Below are positions 10,201 to 25,200 of a DNA stretch of 64,000 nt, piece after piece. Origin of the DNA: Candidatus Omnitrophota bacterium (GTDB lineage Bacteria > Omnitrophota > Omnitrophia > Omnitrophales > Aquincolibacteriaceae); NCBI GenBank assembly GCA_030698625.1, contig JAUYMS010000027.1, positions 103,781 through 167,780 on the forward strand, given 5' to 3'. Every line of letters starts with the position of its first letter. The first letter of the stretch is position 1. The notes under the pieces are model-generated. The model ran no database searches, had not been told where the DNA came from, and saw only the letters and a program-made list of their open reading frames with translations. The position numbers and the translations under genes are program-made.

Positions 10201-13200
10201 ACGTTCCCGGATGCGTTCAAAGAGGCCAAACATGGCCCCCGGATCGTAACCATGCTTCATAAGATGCGCATCGGCAAGGTCGGCAAACTTTTCAACATAC
10301 CGCGTCTTTTGATCGTCGGCAACATGACCGCTATTTGTTCCCCGGCCTGCGATCATGAAATAATTCAGAAAGCCGTCAATATCATCGGCCGTCTTATCGA
10401 TACTGGCTGTCAAGTAGTCCGCGGTTTGCTCCGCAAAAACGGCATCGCGCCCCTTGTTATCAAGGGTCAAGCGTTCAACCAGTTTGCGGGCTAAGATCGG
10501 ACTCCGAACGTTTAGGGCATTGAGTACGGCATGTATGTTTTCCCAATGGTTTGAAGGCCGCTGTCCCACTCTGTATAATCCTTCGACAATCGCAAGCGTG
10601 GCGCTCGTGATATAGCCGCCGGTTCTGATTTCACGTTCCAGAAGATACGTAACCATTTCCTCCATAGCCCCGGCATCGTCCGGCCATTGCTTGAAATCAT
10701 CGAAGATCTCACGGGAAAGTCTTGCGGCAGCTCCGAGCTGATGCATCGGTCGGCTTAGAAAAACGCTTTTGCGCGCGCCGGGAAGAACCTGCAATGTCCT
10801 TGCTTGGTAGAGCAATTTAAAGAAGAGCTTGAGGGCCTCCTTCGCTTCGTCGGGACGGCCCCTTAGAAGATGTACGGTCGCGTGGTCATACGGCAGAACC
10901 AGCCTCATTTCGCCCAATGCTTTCGGAGCCAGATCGCGATATATCCGGTCGGCCGTTTCAAGGTCCCCCGAGTAAAAAGCGGCGACAGCTTCGAAGTAAT
11001 CGTGCCAAGGCTCGAAGTATGCGTCCGCGTAGGCGCCCGTCGCCTTGCGGGCCTCGATCATTTTATGACCCGCCGCCACTGCCTGACGAAACGCCGCCTG
11101 CGCGCCTTCCATGTCCGGTTCCGTATCATCGGCCGGCGGATTGTTCAGAATAAACCCGCGCAGGAAGAGCAAGTGCGTCAGAAAGGATTGGGAAATGGCA
11201 TGGTTCGGATCCAGATCCAGCGCGAGACGGATAGATTCAAGCGCCTGATCAATGTGTGTGATGTCTTCCTTATAGAGCATATGAAAACCGGCAAGCTCGG
11301 AGAGCACATCCACCCTCATGCTCTGCACCTGGTCTTCGGGAATCCCCTCTTTGCCGACCTCATCTAAGAGCATTAAGGCCTTTTCCAGGGCAAGGAAGGC
11401 CATGGCGATTTCAGTCGGCTTGAGCGGGTCGAAGTTTAAGCGCAACTGCTCGGCCAACCGGGCGGCCATCTCGATCTGTTCCCAATTCGTCATATCTGTT
11501 TTCGACTGCACATAAACTTCCAGGAGCATACGCTCGGAATCGAGCATGTCTGCCGCAACCAGCAGATTGCTCAGGCGCCGGTAATTCCCGTAATCCAAGT
11601 CGCTGGAGTAGTGATAATCCACAACGGTTGGCAGGATCTGCTCTATGGTCTCACGGGGCGGCATGCCATCCCCATAAGAATTCATAAGAACAAAGGCCGC
11701 TGACTGACGCATAACAACCATCAGATCCATACCGGTTTTGAGATGTCTCAATTCTTGCGTGATCTGGTCTTCGCGATCTTGCAGCTTTCTTTCCTTTCTT
11801 ACGGATCCCGTCTTCGTCCTCGCGGTAACTTCATACTCCTCCTGCAGACGGATCATTTTGCGTGCCGCCGCCCCTCTTGCCTTATCAGTCTTATTCAGAA
11901 GGATATGGGCAAGCTCGATCGGATCCCCCTGCGCAGTCTTGAGACGTTCCACCTCGGCATCACTCTCACCCAAGATCTCTTCGACAACCACGCCGGCACG
12001 CATGAAATCTGTTTCCGCCCGCTCGCCGTGCTGTTCGCCAAGCTCTGTGCGCAATTCCGACCGCGCAGCGGGTTCAATCTCCAGAATCTGAAAATGCCAG
12101 CCGTCGATAACCGGAATACCGATGCCCCAGCCTTCGCGGTGCAGGGCCTCGCCCTTAAGGGTATCCGGTTCCGTCAAATATTTCTTCTGCAGATGATCAT
12201 AGACGCGGTAACGGGCATCTCCCCTCTCGATTCCGAGGAATCCCACATCGGTGAGGCGCACCCAGACTTTCTTATCGGGTTCGGTATGGTGCCGCGATCC
12301 GAATGAAATGGGTACAATCAGGCGGCGGCCTTCGTGGGTTCGCGCAAACACAATGACGGTCTCACGGCTGACTCGATGAAATTCAATTTCACCGTGGTCA
12401 AAAAGATCGCGGAGCGCCGTATCGCTGATAACATCATTTAGGCGGGCAAAGACTTCCTGATTCCAGTCTTTCATATAACGCAGCAGGTCGGGCGAGGCGA
12501 TGGCAATAAGGGCCATGACGGGCGGTATCCCAACCGGTCGCTTATCTTGATCGCTAAAGTGCTCCCGGGCTGCATTCGGTTTTAGCTCCGCCACGGTTTT
12601 CAGAACATTCTTGAGTTCCTCTGGTTTTTCCCGCAGGGTCTTGATTTCATTGATCAGCAACAGAGCCGGCGCCTGGTTGCCTCTGACAAATTCCCCGCGA
12701 ATCGCCGCACTTAGATAACGAATTAGTTTTTCTTCTTTGCGCTCGACAAAGCGCAATGCCTGAACCGTACGAACGTTCACCGGCAACCCCTGGGCAAAAA
12801 GATCCCCCACCGTATGCCGTCCATATTTGGCTTTCGTGTTCGCGTTCTCAACGTCAAAAACAGACGCCCTATCCCCAACGGCGTCCTCACCGAGCAGGGT
12901 GGTAAAACCGCGCACACCGTAAACCTCGGTCCCGCCGAGCGCCTCTTCGGTGGACTCATTGACCGCGACGAGAACCTTCTCGCCGTTAACGTGAACGGTA
13001 TAGGCCTTTACGTTCAACGTTGTCGCGTCGAGGAGCTCTCCATTTTTATGGAGGTACCGAATGAGATACTCCCGCAAACGAGCATCTTGGAAAAGCGTCG
13101 ATATTTCCTTGCCCTCCTTGATGGAACTCTCGAGTATGCTCCAAGAGAGGCGGATGGCAAGCAGGTTTATCACCTCAAAGGCATGCAGGTTTAATTCGAC

Positions 13201-16200
13201 TTTTTTGTTAAGCGACTTCTCAGATGCCGATGCGGTAGCCAGGCGTTTGATCTCATCTTTTACGTCCTTGAGACTCGGGTCATCGTCTTTGAGAAGATAA
13301 TTCAGGATGAAGTGGAAAATGTCACCTTCAGGGTGTAATTCGGGATTACTGGTATGATAGCTCATCGCCCACAGCGCCTCGACGCCGCGCATACGCAGTC
13401 GGCGAAAGCTGTCGAGAAAGCCCAGCAGGCCCGGGACGCCTTTTTCTACGAGAATCGTATCTTTCTTAGCGAGATCGGGACGGCGCGTCCAGCCAAAACC
13501 GTCGTCCTTGGCGAGGGTTAGAAGATTCGTCGCGGTAGTGCTCGGAATTTTCAGATTCGAGAAAATTTTATTCTGCTCATTGCGCCGGCTTATGGCTTCC
13601 TGCCAGAGAAAGGCGTGGGCCCGCGTCTGTCCGCGTTCGATATCGACTTTCCAGGATGATGCCACGGCCTGATACTGTGCTTCGCGCCGGCTAACAGGAT
13701 CGCTGTAGCGTGTCTTTAGGCCCTTGAGTGCGGCACCCAGGCTCGCGGCCATGGGCCGCCGTCCGCCGCCATCGACCCCGCTCATTTCAGAATTCGAATA
13801 TTCCACCAGGAACCCATTAGTGATTTCCCACACCCCGCTCTCCAGGTTCTGAACGAGTTCATCATGTGAAACATTTTCGGCGAAGATATCGATCTCACGG
13901 CCTGATGACTTCTCGATAATCGTAAAGAGTTCCGGCATGGCACCGCCCCAGACACCGATCAGTTGAGCGAAATTCGCCAAACCTTTCATCATGCTCGTGG
14001 CCGATGCCTCGAGAAACTCATCGGAGAGCATCACCACACCGGCCATGGCCTGAAAAATAACCGGCGCGGCGAATATACTGTAATTCTCCACCGTCGCAAT
14101 ACGGTGCTCGAGACCCAATTCCCGAATTAACTCTTTGATGCGATCGAATTTCCACTGGGCTCCGGAATCAAAGACGCGCCCGCCGATGACGACCCGAGCC
14201 GAGTCACGTTTAAATGCCGCAAGCGCTTCGGGGTCCCGCGCGAGCGATTCCAGGAGCTCGATCCACTTTTCCGGCCCCTTATACGCCACTTGGCGGCGAA
14301 TGTTCGAGACGATCGGGTCTTCAATAAGGATATCCCTGAGAACACCCACGTCTCCTGATAAATTCGCCCATTTCGTTTCGTCTAGAAGGGCGGCGTGAAT
14401 CGCTCCCATGAATGACTGAATCAGCATCGCTCCGTCTTCCGCTTTGTGCCCGGTGCGTTTCGTATATTCAGCGATGGCGTCCTCAAACCATAACGAATTT
14501 CCCTGCTCCACGGCCATCCACAGCAGAAATTGTCCGACATAACCCGCATTGACGTATTCGCTTCGCCTCTGAAATTCATCGCGAAGCGCTGCAGATGTGT
14601 TTAAAATCTTAAAAAATTCGCGGTCGCCGTCACTATCCACCATGCCAAGGCTCGTTTTGAATTGCTCAATTAGTTCACGCTTTTCGGGCGATTGCCACTG
14701 GTCGAGGAGCACGCCGTTGGTGCTGCGGACACCGTTGCTGTTGTACCCGGTCAGCTTGTGCATATGTCCTGAAAAGATTCCGTCATTTCGAAGCACGGGT
14801 GTGTGCTCATAGAGGCCGACACCGGTGATCATATCGGAGTACATGGCGACCGCATCGGTGATGTTGATCTTGTCGCCGTTCACGATATACGGTCTCATCC
14901 ATTCAGCAAACCCCAACATCTCATAGGAAGAGGCATTAGGACTATAGAGACCGGGGCGAAAAACGGTATGGTTAATATGGTGATGCATGGCGTTGGGGAA
15001 CATCGGAGTCGGCATGCTGGCGAACACCTCGTTATCCACAAAGAGGATATCCTGTTGGACAAGCTTTCGGCTCTGCAATTCCTTAAGCAGCATCTGGCTC
15101 GCCTGCGCATAGGCTCCCATGTGAACATCCCGCCACAGAGTCGTACCCGTCTCGTCAGCATCAGGATAGACCTCATCGAAAACACTGACCGTCCGCCCGT
15201 CCCCATTCACAAAAAAGATGTCAAGATAATAGCTGGGAGTTTTCCCGTACTTGGTTTGCGTCTCGTAGACATGAACCGTCAGTTCGCGGTCGACGACACT
15301 TCGCGCCTTCCCGCGGGCCTTATCTCGAAAGTCATCACCGATTTTCAGTTTCATCTTAAATTCGATGCCCGTATCATCCAGGACTTCCTTCAGGTAATCT
15401 CCGAGATTCTTCGCGCCCGCGAGCACTTCGAGCGGCAAAGCACCGTTTAGGCCCTCCGATCCCCGCTCCCCTCGGACAATTCCCTTGATCTTATTATTGT
15501 AAAGAGGGTGAATGGCAATGATGTCGGTACCGTTCTTGCGCCAGCCGTCGATCAGATCCGGCATAAGGGCCCCCAAACCGCCGGTGAAGTTGAGCTGTGA
15601 GACGAAATTTGCGATCTTTTTGCCGAAGCGGTTAGCAAGTTTTGCCAAAATATCACGGTGCAGGCCCGCTTCGAACTGCCGCGTAACCACGGTTACATTC
15701 TGAACATCTGGCGTGTTCTCGCTAACCCATGTGTGCCGCAGCTCAGACCGGTGTGTTTCCGCCGGAGTCTCCTCAGAGCCGACAACTTGATCAAGATGAT
15801 TGAGAGCAAAATCAATAGTCGGCAAATACCATACCGGTTCGCCTCTCCCGTTTAACGCATTGAGTGCCGCTTGAAAGGAATATCGCGCGAATACGATTGC
15901 CTGCTTTTCGGCTTGCGATCTGGCCTTAAACCGCAACTTGGGTCTAAACTCAACGAAGGCCTCCATCCCTACTTTACGTGCCGCCCAAGCAATACCCCTT
16001 TCCAGCCAACCGCCTGAAGCTCCACGCATGGGCGTAACAATCGCCCATATCGCTTGGTAATGCTCTTTGAGAACTTTGGTGCCGGCGGGAACCTGCATAT
16101 GACTATCGGCAATGAATGCTCTGAAGGTTTTCGTGACGCCCATCTCCCGCATGATTTCCTTAACCGAGCGCAAATCAAAAGTGCCCGTCATAAGCAAAAC

Positions 16201-19200
16201 GCCCCACAGCTGCTTACGCAAGAAGTCACGCAGCTCATGATCACGCGTCGTGATGATGTGGCGGCCGGCATAATCGAGGATTTCAATTTTCCCCTTTTTC
16301 AGACGATACTTCCAGCCGTCGAGGACTAATGTGGGATTGACGGCTTCAATGTATCGTTCGATCAGCTCCGAAGTAACTTGCGGCGCCTTAACACCTGCGG
16401 CGAGATCACGATTTTTCGGCAAATCAAGAATAGAGGTGGCGCGGCTAAGCGTGTCGAAAGTTGCATATCGGCGAAGAAAGCTTTGTGCTTTGCCTAAGTC
16501 GATCTCTGCGAAGGAGAGAGATACCTTGATCTCTACGGCTTCGTCTACTCGATTCAACTGCTCCGGTCTTGCTTGCGTCTGCGCAAATGGCTTGAAGAGT
16601 TCTTCCTCAGGCTCCAAAGCGACAAAAATATAAGCACGCTTAAAAGTGCCGGCGGGAAGCGCTTCCCCGGCGGCCGACACGGCACTTATTCTCCGGGAGA
16701 CCGCGCCCGGCAAATCCTGACGGATCAGCTGAAAGCGATCCTTGGTCATGGGTTCAAGGCCCATCCCCAACGTCTCTCTTTGTTGCCGAAGAGTCTCTGA
16801 AGGCGCACCGCCTCTGAATCCAACCAACGCATGCGGCAGAAACTCATTGGCCGCGAGTTCTGCCGGGGTCGCTGTCCAAATACCCACTTCATCCAAATTG
16901 TCTTGTTCGCTAAGGATTTCGTCTTCTGCTACGGCCATGACTTCTTGGATCGTGCCTTCACCAAAAGTAACCATCTGGGCCAGGTTCAGTTTTTCACGGG
17001 CGGCCTTCTGCTCTTCCTCCCGCCTGGAAGCGAGTGCCTCATTTCTGCGCGCGTCATCAGCCTTCCGTTCTTGCTCTGCGACATACTCCGCAATCGCGCT
17101 CATTTGGACGCCGAGCAGATCTTCCCGGCCCCGGATTCGCCTCTGCCGCTCTTGGATTTCCTTAAGAACGCTGACGCGTTCGGCTTCGCTGAAATGCCGT
17201 TCGTCGACCCAGGCCGAGCCGTCGGGGGCGATTTCATGGATCTCGACAATCAATGCCCGCAGTTCGTCATCGGAAATTCCGTAGGGCTGGTTAATCAGGA
17301 CCAAGTGCCCGTCCTCGATGGCGCTTACCAGAGACGCGACTTTATCGCTGTCCGTCCAGGCGCTCGGATCCTCGGTCATATCTCTAACATTCTGACGAAT
17401 ATTCTGAACGGTTTTCCCCGAACGGAATTTCAAATGAATCTCACTCACTCGGGCATTCGTGCTGTAGGATTCCGGTTGCGCCAAGATCACAACCATGACC
17501 GTTCCACCGTTGCGCAGCTCGACATCTTTGACTTTGTCTTCTAGAAAGTAGTCCGCTATTTGCCCTACCAGGTCTTCTTCCGGCTGAACGCGCTCGAATC
17601 CCAGACTTTGGAGTGCACTACCCTGTTCCTCGGTCGCGGGAATCACGCGCAGCGTAAAGCTTCCTTCAGCCGGTGCTTCCATTTCCTTCAATTGATTGAT
17701 CACGTCCTTATCACCGGCCATCACGCGCTCCGTGATCTCCGGGGTCTGTGACTTCAACTTCGCTGCTGTCTCATTCGGAACGAGGATGACGGGGCGCACT
17801 TCGGAGCTGTCATAGGCGCTGCGTCCCAATTCATAGTGCGCCGCGGAGTTCAATTCCGAGAACTGGTTTATAAGAAGGGGGTACGCATCGATGTTAGACT
17901 CCGGGGTCACTCCAGAGTAGACGCCCGGGTCCTTACCCTCGCTGTCATTACCGCGCGTCAGGAAAAAGCCCGCGTTTCTATCGAGAAGGCTCAGCACCTG
18001 CTGAAAGTGAAACGAATCCCCAATGCTCGTCTCGTTGATCAAGACTTGGTAGCCCTGCTTGATTTCTTCGGGGTAATCCCGGTCAGCATCAAAACCAAAG
18101 TAAGCAATAACCGTCCTCTCGATACCGTTATGCCGGAAAGTCGCGACGTATCTCTGCTGCTTGCGCTCCTGTCTCCTTCTCGCAAATTCAATTTCAGTTT
18201 CAGGATCGACCACAGATCCGAGCTGCTCTGTAACCTGCGCCTTGAAGTCACCAAAACTCAGAGGTTCCCGGTGCGTACCGATAAGGGTTTCAAAATCCGT
18301 CTTCATCAGGGTCCCGAGGATATCTAATTTCCCGGCTTCATCCCCGGCGCCGAGCCCCATGGAGTAAACAACCGGTTTATCAACGAGTGAGGTAATCAGC
18401 CGGGCCGTGTTTCGTGCCAAGGTCAGCTTCTTGCGCGCCACCTTTTCGCCCTGCCCGAACCCGTCGAAGAATTTCAGGACATGTTCTCTTGATGCCTTGA
18501 TGCCTGTGACAGGGAGTTCCAGATCCAGATCGATATCGCTACCCGGCAGTTCACTGCCGAGATCCCGGAACGGAATGTAGTGCGCGGCGCTTTCTTTCGC
18601 GCGGTTATAGGACTCTGCCGCTCTAAGCTCTGAACGCTTTAGATCCGTTTTTTCCAGAACGAGATATCGAAGGCTCCCGTCCGCTTTGCGCAGCGGATCG
18701 CCGCTTGCATCCTTTGGCACGAAGAGGAAACGCAGTACTTTTACATTGGTCACCTCGTCCAGCTTGGCCATTCCCGTCGTAAGGTCTGTCAGATCTTCGT
18801 CGGCAAGATAAACTAATAAGTCATTTTGCTTTGCGCCTACCGTGCGGAAGACCTCGGCAAATACCGCGGCGCGGCGGGCATCGCCGTATCCGGTTATTGC
18901 TTGGTTTATCGTAATTAGCGGCCGGTATCTTACAAAGCTCAGGTCGCCCTGGATCTCCAACCCCGACGGCACTGAAATCGGCTTTGAGAGGATGTCCTCC
19001 AAGGTTCGGCCTTCGTCCAACTGGTCAAACACGGCAATAAAATAATTCAGCATATTCCTTTCCTTCCGCACAATCTCGGCAAGGGTATCGCGATACAATC
19101 TGCGGTCATCCTTGTTGCCGATGACCCGCGCCAAGACCTCTTCGAGGTCTTCGAGCACGTCAGGGCTATACTCGTGATAATGCGGGTTCTGGATTTCGAG

Positions 19201-22200
19201 AAACCGCCCGAGCGAATTTCTAAAGATTGCCCCCATGCTATCCACATAATTCGGGGAGCGCTCGAGCTGCTGGAGGAATTGCTCGGCGAGCGTATCGTGG
19301 GAGAACAGATGCGTCGAAAACAAAGTACCGCCGCCGACGCCGCGCGCGGCAAAAGTAAAGGCATTGTTCAGGCCGAAATCTCCCGCCACGATTGCCGCAT
19401 CACTTAAAAAATGCAGGCGGTTAAATGTGCGGCTCTGTTGGCTCGCGATATTGATCACGATGACCGAGCCCGGCTTGATCTCGCCCGGGATCTTGACGTG
19501 CTTGTCGTGGAGGTCGATGAACGTCACTTCAGGCTTAAGGTCGTCGCCGTTTTCGAGAACATCAAAGATTTGATCGTGAAGCTTATGCTGCTGGCCGTGG
19601 ATGTCCTTATATTCTTGGCCCCTATTCAGCATCGTGAAGACGACAATCGGTTTTCCGTCCGCCATCGGGTATTTGTGTTCCCGCGCCTTGTGCAGGCTGT
19701 TGACGAAGCGGACAAAGGAGCGCCTATTGGCGTATTTGCTTGTATAGACAAAACCCATGAGACTTTCGGGAATGACATCATTGCGCAGATGTTCCAGGAG
19801 CTCGAGGTGAGGCGTAAAGCTGTTTTTCTCTTCCGTCGGATATACGGTAAACAGCTCATCAAAAAGCGCCTTACGGTGAGCCTTCATCACCATCGGGTCT
19901 CTCCATGCCTCTTTTCCGGTTCTCACGATATCCAGAATTTCTGGGTCCGCATAAATATAAGGAAGCACTTTGAGCTTTTCCTTTTTCGGATCATGCATGC
20001 CCGGCACGACTCCTTGAAACACGGCGACGCGATCACGGATCGGATCCAGCTGCGAGGTGTCGGAGCTCGGGATATTGACATAAGGGGCCACGAGAAACTG
20101 TGTGGGCCGTTCGGCCGGCGCAATTTCGGCCAGCAGTTTGTCGGCACGCAGCAGCGATTCCGGTCCGCGCGGACTGAGTTTGGAATCATAACTAAAAGAG
20201 ACAAAGCCGCGGCCGTCTTTAAGATCGACATCCTCCACGGCCCGATACCCCTGATCGAGCAAAAACTGCAGGCGCTCGTCTTCAATCTCATCAACGCTCG
20301 GTTCGGTACGCAGCTCCGAGCGCTTGGCACCGCCTTCCCGCACGAGCTTCTCCACCAAGTGAGGCTTTTGGCGGAAGAGGTGCAGAATGGTATTCGAAAA
20401 CTGGTCCGGATCTTGGTAAACGCGTCTTTGAAAGGTTTTCAGAGGCATCCGTTCCAGATCACTCATTTCATAGATATTGTATCCCTGCCGAATTGTCGCG
20501 ATCTCCGCAGAGTTACCCCGATAAACAAATAGCGTTCCGAACTCATTGTTGACCGTGTATCCCTGCCGGTAAGAGCGCTTCATCTCGTTGTCTGCAGAGA
20601 TTTGCGTGAGTCTGTGCAGGTCCATCTCAATGCCCAACTTTGCGCGGGTTTCCCGGACAACCGCATCAATGAGCGTCTCACCGACTCGGACTTGTCCTCC
20701 TGCGGTGATCTGTAATTTTCCCGGCGAGAGGATCCGGCTGAGGCTCCTGCGCGGCAGAAGGACGCGGCCGTCGTCATCGACAAACAACACCTGCGCGGCC
20801 TGATGCCAGTCCCCGTCCCGATAAACCCGGTACTTCGCCTTCCCTTGGCCGGCAAGAACTTGCCCTCTCTCGTCGACGATCTGCACGATATCTTGCTCAT
20901 CATTCAATCGCCGCCATGCCCCGCCGCGAATGGACTCAATATCTCCGCTCTCTCCTGCGGGCTTAGGCCGCATCACTAATTTATCCTGAAAACTCACACG
21001 ATATTGACTGGCGTGGATTCCGAGAAGTCCAATAACCGACTGTGCGAGTAATTCCGGCGAATAAAAACCCCACTCGCGATCCACTTCCTTGTAGCTTGTC
21101 CCGGAGCGTTCCAACGGCTTTCTGATTTCCAGATCGAGACCGATGGTTCCGACCTGGCTGCGGATGCTGCGGTCGACTTCGGACTGATCGAACGGTATGT
21201 AGAGTTTCCCGGGATCCCTCTTTTGGTAAGTGGTGGGGCTGCCGACGGTATAGTGAACAACGCCTCTGACATCCGGAAAATTATGCGTCGGGTGACTATG
21301 CACAAACTGCCTCGTCGCATACCGGTAGATGCGCTTGACCAGTCCCAGGGCCGTGGTTCCGTAAGGTTCGGCTTCGCTCGTGGGGTTGGCAATGTGAATC
21401 TTTACGGCCTTTTCATTGCTGCGAATGGCCTCTCCGAGCCCGGGGACAATTAGAGAGCTTCCGATATTGGATTCCAGGGTGGTGTTGCCGTAGACGATGG
21501 CGTCGGCATTCCGCAGAACCTCGGCGACATTCTCGCTCACCGGATCCTCGCTGATATCGTCACCAAGAATCTCGGAAATAAGGCCGGCGGTTTCAAACGC
21601 CTGTTTTTCGTCTACCTTGCGCGATGTTTCTAGAATCTCACGGGCCAGTCCTTCGTCATAATCTTCTCCTCCTGCCTCCGGAGATCCGAGCCATACCCCT
21701 CTGCGCTGCAGAGTCAGGGGCTCGATATCGATCCCGCGCTCGCGAATCTTACGTTCAAACTCGGCAATCTCAACCGGGCGGTCCACCAGCCACAGCCCGA
21801 TAAACGGGTGCGTCTTGTCTCGGAATTCATTAACGCCGGTCTCGGCAAAGTAGATCGTCCCGTCCCCGGCCATGGCAACGAGATGTTGCCGCTTCTCGGT
21901 CGGGAAGAGCACCCGGTCTCCTTGCTTCATATCCAGAACCGCACCGACGGCATCGACAGCCTTTTGCCAGAAATTCTCCTCACCCGTATCTTCGAGCTCC
22001 CAGGCAGCGCCAAGCAGCGCCAAGCTCCTGAGCGGCATAAATTCGTAAGTGAATTCACTCTCGGCATACCGGGTATTCAATGTATCGCGAAACTTCTTGA
22101 GATAGCCGGTGAGTTCCCCTCGTTTTGCGCCGGCTATAGCCAGCCCCTTTTCTGAAAGCTCGCGCATCGACTCATAGTGAAACTCGACACCACTCTCTCC

Positions 22201-25200
22201 CTCCAATACGAGAATCAAGCGCTCGAAGTCCTCGGCAAGCAGCGTCGCATCCGCGCCCTCAAGACGTTTCTTAAGAAAGTCTATGACGGCTTCATTATTC
22301 CCGAGATCCAGCAGCGACTTTCCTGCATCCGGGATACCGGTGGCACCGAAATCGCGGGCGGGAATAAACCAACTGCGGCCGTCATCGACCGCGCCAAGCA
22401 GAATCTGCACATTGACGTTCGGGAGTGACTTCAAAACCTCCGTGAACTGGCTGGCCCCGCGGCCGCCGCGGAGAACCACGATGTTTAGGGGATCGGCAGG
22501 ACTGTGCTGCCGGAGGAAGGCCTCATAATCAAATACGGCATTAAAAATGGTCTCGACCTGCTTGGCATCAAGTCCGAGCGGCGGCGGGTTGCCGCGCAGC
22601 AGATCGAGTCTCGCTTGAAGCAATCGCTTAACTTCGTCCGGGTTCTTCAAAACAGCGTTGTCCTTAATTGTTTGATACAGAAAATCGGGACTTTCGGTCA
22701 GCCCACTCAACGCGGCGTCTCCGACTCGCGCGGTCACCCCCTCGCCTGCGAGCTCCTGAACCAGGCTTGCAATATCTCTGAGCGTTTGCGCCTGCTGCTC
22801 CAGAATCCCCGGCGGGGCATAGAGCTTCGTATAGATCGCGGTTTCCTCACTGGCTCCCAGTCGATCAATTCTCATGACCGGGTCCTCAGACCGAAAGGCA
22901 TTGCGCTCATGCAGGCGAAATTGACCGCCGGTTGAAATGATAATGCCGCCCGGCTTCAAGTAAGACATGAGGTTCTGTGCAATGACACGCGCCTGCCGGT
23001 CTGAAATAGATTTGGGATGAGCCACATCAGAAATAAAGATGATATCCATTTTTTCATCTTCGTTTTGTAATTCCGGTAACGGTTTCTTAAGATCCCAGAG
23101 ATAGCCGTTCACATTGGCTGTGATACCCTTGGTCTTCAGGTTCTGATCCATGGTGCGGAAGTTCTTTGGAAGCGCGTCAACAAGATGAAAATCGCCCACG
23201 GGATACTCGGAAAATTCTTCGACCTCCGCACCGAAGATTCCTGGGCCTGCGATCATGACGCGCGCACCCTCGAGATCGGTCTTGAATGATAAATTCGGGC
23301 CAACGCCTTGATGCGCACGCGCATAGTCCATAAAAGCCGAGAAGTCCCGGTTAATGAAGGTCCATCCCAACCCGTCGGAAGTGGCCGAAATGCCGTCACG
23401 CTCATCGTCGGCGGTGTCTTCGGGCTGAAGATCTAGAAGCGCTTGATCGACCTTCCGCATGCGAATCACCTCTAAATCTGAAAACGGCGCGTCTTCCGTT
23501 TGTATTTCAGAGCGCCGGGCTAGCGGGATAAAGTGTTCCCGGTAAACGGCGTCGGCAGCCTGACGGACGCTCTCGCGGAACTGATTAAAGTCTCTTAGTT
23601 GATCATTGATATACTTCGCCCACTCCAGCTTGTCGGCGGTGGCCGTTCCCATAAGTTTTTCACTCAGCAACAATGCCATTTCGCGGCCGATGACGATATC
23701 CGCACTTTCTCCCGGCACTTCCCCATCTGTTCCCAGAGCCTTGGCAATTTTCAACAAAAGCATAAAGGGCGCATTGTGCTGCTTCCGCAGGGCATTCAGC
23801 GAGGCCTCAACCTCAAGGATCATCTCGTTAGCAATCGCTTGCTTTTCTTCGGTTTTCGTGGCCGAGTCTGCGAGCCGCGTTCTGAGAGTCGAATCATCCT
23901 GCAGCAGCCGGCTTACCTGCTCTCTGCCGAAATCGGGTTTTCCGGCCACAAAGACACTTCCTGTGACGTCGCGCATAAAACGCTTCGCGTCAACATGACT
24001 TCTTTCCTCGAGCATCATGTCCTCGAGCAATACTTTCTTCAAATCCTTCTGATCGCCCTCTCCAAAAGATTCAACCCGCACTCGCATCGTGACATAGTCC
24101 AGTTTGTCCGGTTGTTGACTGAAGGGAAGCATGCGGAATCCCGGACGCCCGGAGTCTCGCTTCATCTTCTGATAGTGGGCGATTATCTCCGCCAGGAACT
24201 CCACTCCGTCTTCGTACAAAGTAATGAAGTCTTCGGTTGCCGATGCGACAACCACTTGATCGACCTTGGTTTTCAGCCTCACAAGGTAAACCGGGACCTC
24301 ATGGCCGGCCTCAGTTGTTACTTGGCGCGTTTCTGCGTCGTTGAAGCGGAGAATGCGGTAAGGTTCCTCGGTGGTGCCCGCTTGTGCAACGATTAGCCCA
24401 TGCGGAAAAAACGTCCTCTGAAAATGCGGGGCAATGTTTGCGGCTTCGACAGCGCCCATCGTGCTGTCCGGACTGATGTCGCTGATATCCGAGAATTTTA
24501 GACCCGGTTCCAAGACACCCAGCGTCTCATCAAACCACGTTATGAATTCCCCTGCCGGCAACTCGCCTGTCTTGAGTCTTTCAGCAAGTGGATCCTGGGT
24601 CGGGAGAAAGACTTCGGAAATCCATTTTTCGATATCGAACTGCACGTGAGAAGGGTCCAGAAGCCGGGCTTCTTTAGCGCCCTGAAGGTATTCGGTGATC
24701 GGGGCAATATGCTGCCGTGAAAGACGCGCCAACCTAAAGACATCTGCGACAGCCCCCTGATTAATATCGCCCGCTCCGTCCAAGAGGGCGATGGCTCTAC
24801 CGCGCTGCGCCTCGTTAACGCGTTTGTTAATCTTTCTGCCCAACCCCGCGATGAGCCCATCCAGAGCTTCTCGTTCTGTTCTCAGCTCCGAGCGGGCACC
24901 TGTGTCCGGCGCCGGGCGCATGAGATCGATTGCGCTAAAAGACGGCTTCGGGGGAAAAACCACTCCGGGGTTGAAGCTCAGCCTGTGCTGACCCATGAAT
25001 CTCTGGAGCCTGTCCGACATCTCTTGACGACCCTCCTGCGCAGCGGGATCCACCTGTCCGTAAAGCGCAAAGATCAACTCGTCCAAGAAATCTTTGGTGG
25101 CTTGATCCGGTGTGAGCACCACGCCTAAGTACTCGCGTTCTATAAACCGGAGGCCCGCCTCGTCTCTCATCTCAATCCCATAGACACTGCGGACGATGCG

